A stretch of DNA of 64,000 nucleotides from Nitrospirales bacterium (GCA_963555755.3 OY820905.2:4416001-4480000); one strand, 5' to 3'. Shown: positions 29,465 through 40,600, counted from the first letter of the stretch. The notes: generated by a model not told the origin, from the sequence alone. Program-made: numbers and translations.

Positions 29465-29605
29465 GGGCACCTCTACAAACCGTCCTTTTCCGTGATGGCG
29501 GCGTCAGCCGCGTGCTCACATCCTCATGTATTCGCCCATACACTCCGGTTTTCCGCGCACGGCTTCCTTGCCCTCACAAAAAATGCCTGGTTTTTAGAGG
29601 TGCCC
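29465..29605. mobile_element. MITE family D copy 2
   Basis: 141 bp, near-identical to 15893-16033. Confidence 0.85.
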
Positions 29606-29670
29606 ATACACCTTTCTTCTCTGATGGGGCTCTTCATTCCTTTGTGGCTCTTTTCCTACCTGCCATAATC

Positions 29671-29820
29671 TCGACATCCAAATATCGAATTTCGAAACAA
29701 ATCGGAAGCCAAAACTCCAATGTTTCAAACGGGTCATGCCGACTAATTGAGACATGACTTTGGTTCTTTACAATTTGAACATGTGAATGTGTTTCGGACA
29801 GAGATTCGAGTTTTGGATGT
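29671..29820. repeat. H element, short variant in reverse orientation
   Basis: aaatatcgaatttcgaaacaaatc ... tttgaacatgtgaatgtgtttcgg. Confidence 0.6.
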
Positions 29821-29901
29821 ATTCAACGGTAAGGAGTTACAGCCCAGATGTCCCTCCCTGTTTCTCATTCCCTACCCCTCCCTATTTTCTATTTCCTCCA
29901 T

Positions 29902-29928
29902 TAAGTTCGATCATACTAATCCCGAGAG
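29902..29928 (+). promoter_or_regulatory. Possible sigma28 promoter (weak match)
   Basis: TAAG-N15-CCCGAGAG upstream of the REC-PP2C gene. Confidence 0.35.
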
Positions 29929-30037
29929 GTCAGTGAACTCGCTCACTTCAATTTTGCCATTTGGATACCAAAGAGAACGGGTTTTTCATTGGCGGGAACA
30001 TACCATTCAGTAGCACGATACTGCCGAAGGAGCTGCG

Positions 30038-31264
30038 ATGATTGAGCCAACCAATTTGACTTCTGAGAAACTGGGTGTTGTTGGAGAAGTTTCTACTCCG
30101 ACACCACCGGCCACGATTTTACTCGTGGATGATGAAAAGCTTGCCCGCATGGTCACCCGGAAACGACTAGAACGGTTGGGCCATCACATACTTGAAGCGG
30201 AACATGGCAAGCAAGCGTTGGCCGTGCTTGAAGAACATGGCGTTGATCTTATTATCTCGGACTGGATGATGCCGGAAATGGACGGGCCGACCTTTTGTGA
30301 AGCTGTCAAAGCCCATGCAAAATTTCGGTTAATACCCATCATTTTGATGACCGCGTTGGACCAACCTGCGCAAATTGCCGAAGGGTTACAGCGAGGAGCG
30401 GACGACTTTTTAACTAAAGCCGCGTCCGATCAGGAATTGACGGCTCGTGTCACTGCGGGGCTGCGCACGCATCGATTGATTGGCGAACTTGAACAATCCT
30501 ATGCCGTCATTGCAGAAAAACAAAGCGAAATGGAGGCTGAGGTGAAGTCTGCGACACTGTTTGTGACCTCCTTGCTTCCCAAGGCTGGTGAGGTGGCCCC
30601 TGGTGTTCAGATGGATTGGGAATTCATTCCGTCCCTGGGCCTAGGTGGCGATTTATTTCAAGTCACACCGTGGGGTGACGACTATCTTGGGCTGGCCATT
30701 TTGGACATGTCCGGGCACGGGATTGGGCCTTCCCTGCGGGCTGTGTCATTGGCCCTGACGTTTCGGGCGGAACATATGGCACAAACCCATCCCACCTATG
30801 ATCCTGGCGAAATCGTGGCCACCCTCAATAAGGAAAATCCTATGACCCAGGATGGAGAGTATTTCACCATTTGGGTCGGAGCGCTGCATTTGCCAACCGG
30901 CCGTCTCCGGTACGCGACCGCCGGGCATCCTGCCGTGGTGCTGACACGAAATGGACAACCCCTGCAGCAAATTGGTGCAAAGACCTGGCCCATTGGATTT
31001 GGGATTGAGGAAGTGTACGTCAGTGAGGAAATCTTTTTGTTGCCTGGTGATCGATTGTATATGTTCAGCGACGGGATCTATGAAGTCTTCTCTCCAGACG
31101 ACGAGTTATGGGATCGCAAGGGGTTTGAAAGTGCCTGTCAAACCATTCATGCCAAGCCCTTAAAAAAAGGTTTGCAATGGGTGGTTCAACAAGCCAAAGC
31201 CTGGCAACGCCAAGAAACTTTTGGCGATGACGTGGCGCTGGTTGGTCTTGAAATACTGTCGTAA
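30038..31264 (+). CDS. Response regulator with SpoIIE/PP2C phosphatase domain (RsbU-like)
   Basis: REC (DWMMP), LGGDLF, DMSGHG, AGHP, FSDGIYE, DDVALV. Confidence 0.93.
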   Translation: MIEPTNLTSEKLGVVGEVSTPTPPATILLVDDEKLARMVTRKRLERLGHHILEAEHGKQALAVLEEHGVDLIISDWMMPEMDGPTFCEAVKAHAKFRLIPIILMTALDQPAQIAEGLQRGADDFLTKAASDQELTARVTAGLRTHRLIGELEQSYAVIAEKQSEMEAEVKSATLFVTSLLPKAGEVAPGVQMDWEFIPSLGLGGDLFQVTPWGDDYLGLAILDMSGHGIGPSLRAVSLALTFRAEHMAQTHPTYDPGEIVATLNKENPMTQDGEYFTIWVGALHLPTGRLRYATAGHPAVVLTRNGQPLQQIGAKTWPIGFGIEEVYVSEEIFLLPGDRLYMFSDGIYEVFSPDDELWDRKGFESACQTIHAKPLKKGLQWVVQQAKAWQRQETFGDDVALVGLEILS

Positions 31265-31451
31265 GGATAGTGAGTAATAAGGTTCGTCGCAGAAATACGT
31301 AGGACAAATCTGAAAATCGAATATCGAAATCCGAAACACATTCAAATGACCAAATTCACAATCACCAAAACGTGGGAAGACAGTTGATACGATCTTGAAG
31401 ATCGAACGCACGAATTGGCCCGCTCTGCCTGCATGATCTGTTTGAACCTAG

Positions 31452-31778
31452 GAGCCTGTCCCAGATTAGACTGATCTACTGCGGATGCACTGGATTTGGC
31501 CAGACATTTCGATCCTTTTCGTTGAACCTAGAAACAGCAGTTGGATCACAAAAGTCCGCGCAAGCTCTTGACGCACCTGGCAAAATACAAAAAGTCTCAT
31601 CACCACGGAGGTAACCACGACTGTTTGTATTTCACCATGCACGCCAATATCTTACACGTCTTTTTTGCGCCCAACTGCCGTTTCTAGGTTGAATAGTCCC
31701 ACTATTCGCCTCAATCGATCGAAATATCCGACTCAAACCAGCACATCCTCGCGACGATCGCTCATCTCGGACAGCCTC
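31452..31778. mobile_element. MITE family C copy 3 (reverse, contains E)
   Basis: Flanked by duplicated CTAG; splits an E-type end ACCTAG|AAACGGCAG. Confidence 0.82.
31526..31689. mobile_element. MITE family E copy 3, empty basic unit (164 bp)
   Basis: ACCTAGAAACAGCAGTTGG...CCAACTGCCGTTTCTAGGT flanked by duplicated TGA. Confidence 0.87.
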
Positions 31779-32186
31779 CTAGAAACGGCAGCTGAATCAT
31801 TCAAATTTTGGGTTGGTTTCGCATTTCGATATTCGGATTTCGAATGTAGGGAAATAGGGAGGAATACGGCGCTGGCAATGAAAGGCCTCTTTGCTTTTAA
31901 CTCATCACAGTCCCTTGGAACGTAACTGCGCGATGCGCCGTAGGTAAATTTGAACCTTTGTGGTAACGAATCTGGATGGGATGCTCCAAGAGCGACCTGA
32001 GTGGCTGTCGTGGCCCTACAAAGGAGGGGAGTGAAAAACCCCAGAAGTGACCCACACGATTTGGAGAAGAGCCCCTTTTAAAATTAGGATTTTTAAATCC
32101 GAAAGAACTAGACACCCCCGGAAGGGGTGAGCCCACGAGTGTTCTGGCGATGGGGGTACCCCTGTTTGTGTGAGCTGAAGGGTTAA

Positions 32187-32365
32187 GGACCTGAGCGAAA
32201 ATAACTTGAACAATTTCGCGCCAAAATTTGGGTTGGATTTGGACGAAAGATTGAGAAAAACCCGAGGCATAGCACAGCTATGTTGAGGGTTTGTCGATTG
32301 AGGCCCGTTCAAAGATGGCCCGAAGATTGGATGCGAAATTGTTCAAGTTATTTTCTCTCAGGTCC
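32187..32365. mobile_element. MITE family G copy 2 (179 bp)
   Basis: GGACCTGAGCGAAAATAACTTGAACAATTTCGC...GCGAAATTGTTCAAGTTATTTTCTCTCAGGTCC flanked by duplicated TAA. Confidence 0.87.
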
Positions 32366-32394
32366 TAAGCCTTGGTGAGGGAAACCCGGAGGGA

Positions 32395-32679
32395 ATGGCT
32401 ATGACGATTCAAGAACAGAATGGCCGTGCAGTTTTACAGTCGGAGGGTGAGTTGACAATCGTTGAAGTGGCAGAATTTCGAGAGGCGTTCCTGGCGCTGA
32501 GTGCAAAGCCAGGGCAGCTTGAGCTGAACTTGGCCAATATTGAACGAGTGGATTCCTCGAGTGTGCAGTTGGTTGTCGCAGCATGTTAAGAAATAGCCCT
32601 GCATATTACGGATGTTTCTCCAGGTGTTCAGGAGCAGTTCGACATGATTGGCTGCGGAAAATTTTTAAATGGGGAATAA
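32395..32679 (+). pseudogene. STAS-domain protein with premature stop
   Basis: GELTI...LANIERVDSSSVQLV then TAA at 32587-32589; the frame continues EIALHITDVSPGVQEQFDMIG to a stop at 32679. Confidence 0.75.
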
Positions 32680-32731
32680 AGACGGGAAACGGAAGACATG
32701 AGAAGTAAGGAATACAGAATGGGGGAGGCGT

Positions 32732-33103
32732 ATGAGTAAGACAGTCTTAGTCGTTGATGATTCAGTGTCCATGCGACACATGGTGACCTTTACGCTTAAG
32801 GGGGCAGGGTATGAGGTCGTCGAGGCTGGTGATGGGAAAGAAGCCGTGGCGATACTCAATGGAGGAGCCAAGCCTCACTTGGTGATCACCGATCTCAATA
32901 TGCCGAATATGGATGGCATTGCACTCATTAAAGAAATTCGAGGCATGGCCGCCCACAAGTTTACTCCCGTGCTCATGTTGACCACCGAATCCGCGGACGG
33001 CAAGAAAAAGGAAGGCCAATCAGCCGGAGCCACCGGCTGGATCGTGAAACCCTTTAATCCCGACCAAATGCTGGCCACTATTAAGAAAGTGTTGCCGGAG
33101 TAG
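32732..33103 (+). CDS. cheY: Chemotaxis response regulator CheY (operon 1)
   Basis: Single REC domain: VVDDS, TDLNMP, LTTES, GATGWIVKPF. Confidence 0.9.
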   Translation: MSKTVLVVDDSVSMRHMVTFTLKGAGYEVVEAGDGKEAVAILNGGAKPHLVITDLNMPNMDGIALIKEIRGMAAHKFTPVLMLTTESADGKKKEGQSAGATGWIVKPFNPDQMLATIKKVLPE

Positions 33104-33146
33104 GGGCGGGAAACGGAAGGCGGGAGGCGAATACAAAGGAGCTTCC

Positions 33147-33231
33147 CCTTTTCAACATTCCCCGAAAAGGATCGGAAGATCTGGCCACATCCAGCGCATC
33201 CGCAGTAGATTCGTCTAATCTCGGACAGGCT
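33147..33231. mobile_element. Truncated right half of a C(B) composite
   Basis: TTTTCAACATTCCCCG-AAAAGGATC...CTAATCTCGGACAGGCTC; same B/C junction as at 16674. Confidence 0.78.
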
Positions 33232-33299
33232 CCTAGATCAGACAAGCCGCAGTGAGTTTACCGAGCACTATCATCGAAGGTGCAGCCCGACAAACTAAA

Positions 33300-33440
33300 G
33301 GGCACCTCTACAAACCAGGCATTTTTTGTGAGGGCAAGGAAGCCGCGCGCGGAAAACCGGAGTGTATGGGCGAATACATGAGGATGTGAGCACGCGGCTG
33401 ACGCCGCCATCACGGAAAAGGACGGTTTTTAGAGGTGCCC
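33300..33440. mobile_element. MITE family D copy 3 (reverse)
   Basis: 141 bp reverse complement of the other D copies. Confidence 0.85.
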
Positions 33441-33619
33441 TCAAATTTCAAATGACCACAATGCTGGGAGCTGGGCCATGCGACCTTTTGCATGGGCATG
33501 ATCCGTTTGAAACATTCGGGTTTTGGACTTCAGATTTGTTTCGGATTTCGAGATTCGAATTTCGAGGTTAGGAAAATTTGTTGGAGTGAGGTGTGAGAAA
33601 TACGAGGCAGGGGTAACAA

Positions 33620-34589
33620 CGCTTTGTATTCACTCTTGACGGGTTCATCACTCCTTACGCGCTCTTGAATTGGGCGCCGTAGATTTTTCCACAAAGCCGC
33701 AATGAGACATTACGGTAGGTCTGGAAGAGCAAGCCCAGGATCTGATTCAAAAAGTCAAAGCTGCCGCACAAGCCACGGTTCGGCTCGAAAACAGGTACGG
33801 GCGCATCACGATGGGTTCCGAAAACCGATCGTCCACTTGGCCATGTTGAAAACAACGGACATGATTATTGCCATCGGGGCTTCAACAGGGGGCACGGAAG
33901 CCCTGCGGGTCATTCTGGAAGTTTTGCCCCCCGATGCCCTGTCAATCATTATTACTCAACCCATGCCTGAACGATTTACCAAACATTTCGCCGATCGGTT
34001 CAATCAAGAATTTGAGTCAAAGAAGCCGAAGAGGGGGGATAGTGCGACTCCTGGCCAAGCGATAATCGCTCTAGGCAGTGATCAATTGAGACGAAGCGGG
34101 GCACGATATCACGTGCACATCAATCAAGTTCCACCTGTCAATCGGCACCGGTCCTCCATGAATGTGATGTTTCGATCAGTTGCACACAGTGCCGGGAGTC
34201 ATAGTCTCGGGGTGCTTCTCACGGTAATGGGAAATGACGGGGCCGTAGGACCTGCGAGAAAATAACTTGAACAATCTCGCATCCAATCTTCGGGCCATCT
34301 TTGAACGGGCCTCAATCGAAAAACCCTCACCATAGCTGTGCTATGCCTCGAGTGTTTCTCAATCGTTCCGTCCAAATCCGACCCAAATTTTGGCGCGATA
34401 TTGATCAAGTTATTTTCTCGCAGGTCCTTAGAGATGAAGCAAGCTGGCGCCTTTACCATAGCCCAAGATGAAGACAGTTGTGTGGTGTTTGGTATGCCCA
34501 AGGAGGCCATTAAGGCCGGCGGCGTCGATAAAATCTTGCCATTGGATGAAATCCCATCCGTCATGCTGGAGCGGATTTCTCGGACATAA
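33620..34589 (+). pseudogene. cheB: cheB pseudogene (5'-truncated, frameshifted, MITE-interrupted)
   Basis: Fragments LRALELGAVDF, IGASTGGTEAL, PVNRHRSS, MGNDGA | [27 protein letters not shown] in different frames; catalytic His missing (TQPMP); 5' limit approximate. Confidence 0.87.
34248..34427. mobile_element. MITE family G copy 3 (180 bp) inside the cheB pseudogene
   Basis: GGACCTGCGAGAAAATAACTTG...CAAGTTATTTTCTCGCAGGTCC. Confidence 0.87.
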
Positions 34590-34599
34590 ATATGCCTAT

Positions 34600-34626
34600 C
34601 AAGCTCTAAGAGCATTGAACCGATAC
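34600..34626 (+). promoter_or_regulatory. Possible sigma28 promoter
   Basis: CAAG-N15-ACCGATAC upstream of the STAS gene. Confidence 0.45.
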
Positions 34627-34771
34627 GCTATGGAGGTGTCCTGAAGGATATGTATGACGAGGTTCGATCCCGAATTCGTATTCTCGATTGGGGTGTAACA
34701 TCCATCCTCATACATCATTCATCAGATTCGATTGATGCGTGCAGACTGTACATTTTGCCAGGGAGGACGCT

Positions 34772-35128
34772 ATGGAGTTAACAGAACGTCAGCAGGGGAC
34801 AGTAACAGTGTTAGATATCAAGGGCCGGTTTGATTTTGGAGCCCGTCGGGAATTTAAAGAGGCCATGGACCGCATTCAACAAGCTGGCTGCCGGCATGTG
34901 ATTCTCAATATCGAAGGTGTCTCGTTTGTCGATAGTTCGGCCTTAGGCTTGCTAGTTGTGGCGCACCAAAATCTGAAACTCAAAAACGGACGCATTTCCT
35001 TGGTGAATCCACAGTCGTATGTCCGGCAGATTTTGGATCTGGCCAACGTGCCAAGAATGATCCCGGTGTTTGCGACCATTCAAGAAGCCTGCTCGGGATT
35101 TGATCAGCCTGCTGCCGTAGCCCAATAA
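34772..35128 (+). CDS. STAS-domain anti-sigma-factor antagonist
   Basis: GRFDF, VSFVDSSALGLL phosphorylatable Ser motif; RBS GGAGG. Confidence 0.92.
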   Translation: MELTERQQGTVTVLDIKGRFDFGARREFKEAMDRIQQAGCRHVILNIEGVSFVDSSALGLLVVAHQNLKLKNGRISLVNPQSYVRQILDLANVPRMIPVFATIQEACSGFDQPAAVAQ

Positions 35129-35285
35129 GGGTTCGCGCAAGAATAACATCCTATGTTTGGGTGTTGAGGCGCCTGTCTGGCAAGGCGCGAGGACTGCGCA
35201 TACTCTCGGTATGGAAAGGACGAGCCACGCTGCCAGACGGGATGGATCGACGCCCAAACATAGGATGTTATTCTTGCGCGAACCC
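35129..35285. mobile_element. MITE family A copy 4
   Basis: Perfect 33-bp TIR; the duplicated TAA is the STAS stop codon. Confidence 0.88.
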
Positions 35286-35540
35286 TAAAGTCGGGCCGGC
35301 CTCAGAGGTATGTTGACCGGTTGTTGAGGCCACCTGGCCCGTGATCATGGGAACACGCCGCAAGGTTTTAGAACGAATGGTCTGTTCTTGGTGCTGAAGC
35401 TCGTACACAGTCTTTTCCGTTTACCTCCACGGAAATGACCTGTGGTCGTCGAGGCTGTTCCTATCCATGTCCAATCCTCTCTGGAGTCTATTGAACGGAG
35501 AAACGGCAAGTTGGATCACAAAAGTCCGCGCAAGCTCTTA

Positions 35541-35720
35541 GGACCTGCGAGAAAATAACTTGATCAATCTCGCATCCAATCTTCGGGCCATCTTTGAACG
35601 GGCCTCAATCGAAAAACCCTCACCATAGCTGTGCTATGCCTCGAGTGTTTCTCAATCGTTCCGTCCAAATCCGACCCAAATCTTGGCGCGATATTGATCA
35701 AGTTATTCTCTCGCAGGTCC
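35541..35720. mobile_element. MITE family G copy 4
   Basis: 180 bp, flanked by duplicated TTA. Confidence 0.87.
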
Positions 35721-35723
35721 TTA

Positions 35724-35986
35724 GGGTCCGTCACGAAATAACCGGGACAATTGGCCGAGACGATTTTGGAGCGAGCCAAGGAGCGAAGAGCGCGCATACC
35801 GGGAGTATGGAAGCGATGAGCGACGCGGGCGGAGCCCAAAAGCGTCCGGCCCTTCGGGGAGGCCCATCTTTGGCCCGGGGCGGCGTTGCTCCTCGGTCAC
35901 AGAGCCCCGCTAGGCTCCCTCGTCGCGCCTTGCCCCGATCACAAATCTGGGCCTCCCAATTGTCCCGGTTATTTCGTGACGGACCC
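35724..35986. mobile_element. MITE family F copy 3
   Basis: 263 bp, near-identical to 21675-21937. Confidence 0.87.
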
Positions 35987-36247
35987 TGAGCGCACCTGGC
36001 AAGATAAAAAAATGTCTTATCACCACCGAGGTGACCACGACTTTTTGTATTTCCCCATGCACACCAATATCTTACACGGCTGTTTTGCGTCCAACTGCCG
36101 TTTCTAGGTTGAATCAGGTAAAACCGTCAGGAACCTGGGACCGGGGATTAGTCGCTTGTTGCTGGACGTTCGGCACTGGAAAAGGAAGGCAAAGATCCTT
36201 ATGCACGAGCAACTAGCGACCAGCACCTAGCAACTCTTCAAGGCAAG

Positions 36248-37597
36248 ATGAAAAAACAGATTCCGTTAGATCAGCTCAAGCCCGGCATGTATCTTCTCAG
36301 CATGGACCAAAGTTGGTGGAAAACCCCCTTCCTGGTTCACCATCGATTTATCAAAAATGACGGAGAAATTGAAAAGATCCGGAAGGCTGGCGTTCAGTTC
36401 GTGGTCATTGATGAGTCAAAAGGCTTGCGTGATGAACCACCCGAATCTCTCGAATCTTCCGATCAATGCGATGCAGGCCTTTCTTCTGGAGGGCAGATTG
36501 AACTCTCGAGACTCGAGAGTGATCCCCTTCGCAATAATGAGTACGTTCACGAGGAGGTTTCTTCCTCCAACAGTACCGATACCCTCCCTTCAGCCCTGTT
36601 GTCTGACCAAGAGCAGGGGGCGTCCAAGTCAGAAATTCTAAAGATTGCACCCCAAGATGCTGCCCGTCAGGTTCGTACTGCCGCTGTTCGTGCCGTCGAA
36701 CAGGTGTTTGAAGGCGTGCGGTCCGGAGAACCACTTAATCATCCCCTCCTCGAGAAAATGGCACGTGCCCTCGTTCAACAGGTCGTGGATGATCCTCGAG
36801 CCTTTCCTCAGTTGGTGTTGGTTGGGAACCTCGCCGCCGTGGATAAGCATCTCTACAGCCATGTGGTGGATGTGTGCGCGCTTGCCGTGGTGCTCGGGAT
36901 CGAAATGGGATGGGAAGAACAAGAGTTACAGGCATTGGCACTGGGTGGCTTGCTCCATGATGTCGGATATATTCGGTTGCCAAATAATCTAGTGCGGAAT
37001 AGAAAACATGCAGGAAAGGCCGACCGCGTGTTGTTGGACACACATTCCGAGGTGGGACACTCCATTGTCAAACTCTCCTCGGACCTTTCGCTGGATGTCA
37101 AACAGATCATTCTGGAACACCATGAACGATTAGATGGGTCCGGAGAGCCTCACGGGTTGACTGGCGAGAGGCTTTCACCCTTGGGTCAAGTCGTCGGTCT
37201 TGTCGATCAATTTGATAAACTGACCAGCAACTGGGGAATGGGGCCGTTGCGTTCGTCAGCGCTGGTCTTGAGGGATCTCTATCAGGAAGCCAAGGACGGT
37301 CGTTTCCCTCTGCGTCCCATTGAACGCTTGATCCAATGCCTGGGCGTGTATCCCATCGGGAGTTTGGTCGAGCTTTCTACCGGGGAGCAGGGTGTTGTCA
37401 TCAGGACGAATCCCTCGAGCTTGCTGAAACCCACAATCAAATTGATCGTGGGGGCTGACCATCTTCCGTATCCGGCACCATGGAATATTGACCTCGCCTG
37501 TCCGGTATCCGGTGAGCCCGATCGATCGATTCGATCAGTGCTAAATGCCAATCAGGAACAGATCCAAGTCAAAAAATATTTTACTGTGGGCGTGTAG
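36248..37597 (+). CDS. HD-GYP-family protein with DUF3391-like N-terminus
   Basis: LKPGMY N-terminus, GGLLHDVG, EHHERLDGSGEP, LGVYPIGSLVELSTGE. Confidence 0.88.
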   Translation: MKKQIPLDQLKPGMYLLSMDQSWWKTPFLVHHRFIKNDGEIEKIRKAGVQFVVIDESKGLRDEPPESLESSDQCDAGLSSGGQIELSRLESDPLRNNEYVHEEVSSSNSTDTLPSALLSDQEQGASKSEILKIAPQDAARQVRTAAVRAVEQVFEGVRSGEPLNHPLLEKMARALVQQVVDDPRAFPQLVLVGNLAAVDKHLYSHVVDVCALAVVLGIEMGWEEQELQALALGGLLHDVGYIRLPNNLVRNRKHAGKADRVLLDTHSEVGHSIVKLSSDLSLDVKQIILEHHERLDGSGEPHGLTGERLSPLGQVVGLVDQFDKLTSNWGMGPLRSSALVLRDLYQEAKDGRFPLRPIERLIQCLGVYPIGSLVELSTGEQGVVIRTNPSSLLKPTIKLIVGADHLPYPAPWNIDLACPVSGEPDRSIRSVLNANQEQIQVKKYFTVGV

Positions 37598-37665
37598 GTG
37601 AAGCGTCATAACCTTTCGGCACGCATCACGCTTTACGCTCCACTGATTCGGAAGAAAGCTTTTTG

Positions 37666-40600
37666 ATGTCGCACAGGACTCCCTCACACTCACCGCAGGC
37701 TTCGATAGAGCAAGAATTGCGGTGGTTTCACGCGTCGAATCGGGCTGTGCTTAATTCCTTAGCGATAGCGGTGTGTACACTCGATCGCAGTGGTGCCGTG
37801 GAGTCGTTGAATCAGGAAGCTGTTCGGTTATTAGGATGGGGCGAATCCACCTGCCGTGGCCGATCCTTTCATGATCTCACCCAGTGTTCGTCCATGGTGG
37901 TGGGTAAGTCGTCTCAGGATGTCTGCCCCATTGCTGACGTGTTACAGACAGGCGAATCTCTGTGGGTCCCTCGAGTAGGTTTGATGAGCCGGAGTAGAGA
38001 CTGGCTCATGGTCGAACTGACCTGTACTCCCCTTGTTGATGAAGGGGCATCTGGTGTCGTGCTGAGTTTCCGGGATTTAGCGACTCAGATTCAGATGGAA
38101 GATGACCTGCATCGTCTCGCCTCGATTCCAGATGAAAGCCCGTTTCCCATCGTGGAGTTCAACATTCAAGCCAATATGTTGTATGCCAATCCTTCCATGA
38201 CTCGACTTATGGAACAAGCGGGATTTCGTGAAGAAGGATTCTCTGCGGCATTGCCCACTGATGTGCAAACCATCGTGGAACGATGTTTGACCCTCGGGGT
38301 GTCCGAACACGATGTCGAGGTCGATGTGGGAAGGAAGCAATATGCCTGGTTGTTTTGTCCGTTAAAAGATTTACAGCTTGTTCGAGGGTACGGCATTGAT
38401 ATCACAGAGCGGAAGCAAGCTGCCGATGAACTTGGAGCGTTTGTGGAGGTGTTAGGCCAAAAGAACCATGAGTTGGACGAGGCTCTCACCAAGGCCGAGG
38501 CAGCTACCCAAGCCAAAGCCGCCTTCCTCGCTATGATGAGCCATGAAATTCGCACCCCGTTAAATGGGATCATTGGTATGACGTCCCTGCTGACAGACAG
38601 TTCCTTGACCCCCGAACAACGCGAAGATGCCGATACGATTCAGAAATCCGCTGAAGGGCTCTTGAGGATTATTAATGATATTTTGGATTTCTCGAAGATC
38701 GAAGCCGGGAGATTGGATTTCGAAGTCATTGACTTCGATCCGCATACCTTGCTTGAGGATGTCTTGGACTTGTTGGCGCTGCGGGCCCACGACAAAGGGC
38801 TGCATTTGGCCGGGCGGGTCCTTTCGGATGTGCCGTCCTGTCTTCGAGGTGACCCCATGCGGTTGCGGCAAATTTTCACCAACCTCATTGGGAATGCGAT
38901 CAAGTTTACTGATCACGGGGAGGTTGTCGTTGAAATCCATGCAAGGGGTTGTGACACGATCAGCGAATCGGAAGGTGGTCCCGAAGGGGAGGACCTGGTG
39001 GTACTGCATTGTACCGTTTGTGATACAGGAATCGGGATTTCTCCTGAAGGGCAACGGCGGTTATTTCAGCCATTTTCTCAAGCCGATTCCACGACCACAC
39101 GCAAGTATGGGGGAACGGGGTTGGGGTTAGCGATTTCCAAACAATTAGTCGAGTTAATGGGGGGAACCATTGGGGTGTGGTCCATGCCAGATCAGGGGAG
39201 CGAATTCTGGACCATCCTCCCGTTTGCGTCCCAATCACACCGTCCCATTTCAGAACCGTTACCCGAATTTCGCCTACTCCAAGGCCGTTCGGTCTTGCTG
39301 CTTGAATCCCATGAACCAACGAAAGTGGGAATTGAGGAATTGTTGAAGGCCATCAATGTCTCCTGTCAGAGCAAGGACTCCCTTGCTGGCGCCCTTCAAG
39401 CTCTGCGCGAAAGGCCTATCCATTCCCAGATGTATGATATGGCCCTCATTGATTGTGAGGGATGTGGGGATGATCCGAAACGCCTCATTCAGGAGTTGAG
39501 GCAGGCGATGGGAGAATCAATTGTGCCCCTGGTCCCCCTTCTTCGTGGGAATCGTAAGGGGAGTGAGCTGGCCGTTGAGGCTGGTGGAGCCTTATGGCTG
39601 ACCAAACCCGTGCGTCGATCGCGACTGTATAAATGTTTGCATGCGCTCATACATCAGCCGGAGGCTTCTGTCAGTCGAGAGTCGTTACCGGCGGATGTAG
39701 ATACGGTTTTGGCACAAGGTCGACCCTCGTCCCACGCCTTTCAAGGCCGGATTTTGGTGGCTGAGGATAATCCCATTAACCTCAAGGTGGTCGTGGGCAT
39801 GTTGAACAAAACGGGAGTGGTGGTTGATACCGTCACGAACGGGAGGGAAGCCTGCGAAGCGGTGGCGAAGCAATCCTACGACCTGGTGTTCATGGACTGG
39901 CAAATGCCGCAGATGGATGGCCTCCAAGCCACGGTAGAAATACGGAGACGAGAGGCGGCAGGCCGTGAAGCGTTAAGCGTGAAGCGTCATGAGAACGACG
40001 ATGATTCTTCTCACGCATTACGGATCACGCCTCACGAGACTTCTCCGTCTCACGTCCCCATTGTAGCCATGACGGCCAATTCTATGCCTGGTGATCGGGA
40101 GAAATGTCTGGCGGCAGGCATGGATGAGTATTTGGTCAAGCCGCTTCGCCTGTCGGCGGTGGTCGAGGTGTTAGCGAACTGGTTAACTCCTCAAGGGGCT
40201 GGATCGCATGTGGAACCGGATCACGAAACAGAACCGGGGTTCAGAAAAGCGGTGGATGGGGACGATAAGAGAAGAACAGAGGGGTGTGGAGAAACTTCAA
40301 CTCATTCCCATACGTTATGGGATCCAACTATCGCGCTTTCTCATATGGATGAGGATCACGTCCTGCTACAGGAGTTAATAGCACTGTTTATGGAGACCGG
40401 CCCCGCGACGCTCTCAAAGATTCGGGAGGCCCTCGATAATCAAGATTACGTGATGGCTGAACGATCCGCGCATACGCTCAAAGGTTCACTCGGGGCGTTT
40501 CGTGCGAAATCGGTGCAGGCCTGTGCAGGGGAATTGGAACGACTCGCGTCTGAGCATCGGTCCGACAGCGTTGAGTCTGTGTATCAGCAGTTGTCTGAAA

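Larger units (their letters stand above)
31306..31845. repeat. H element interrupted by an E-end remnant containing C(E)
   Basis: Left arm aaatcgaaatatcgaaatccgaaacacattc, right arm tttcgcatttcgatattcggatttcg. Confidence 0.7.
35495..36109. mobile_element. MITE family E copy 4 containing tandem G and F
   Basis: Flanked by duplicated TGA; E sequence resumes after 35986. Confidence 0.82.

Noticed and set aside
31860..32186. Possible riboswitch or further element upstream of the STAS pseudogene
   Set aside because: I could not identify a c-di-GMP riboswitch consensus, terminal repeats or a second copy by eye; an Rfam search would settle it.
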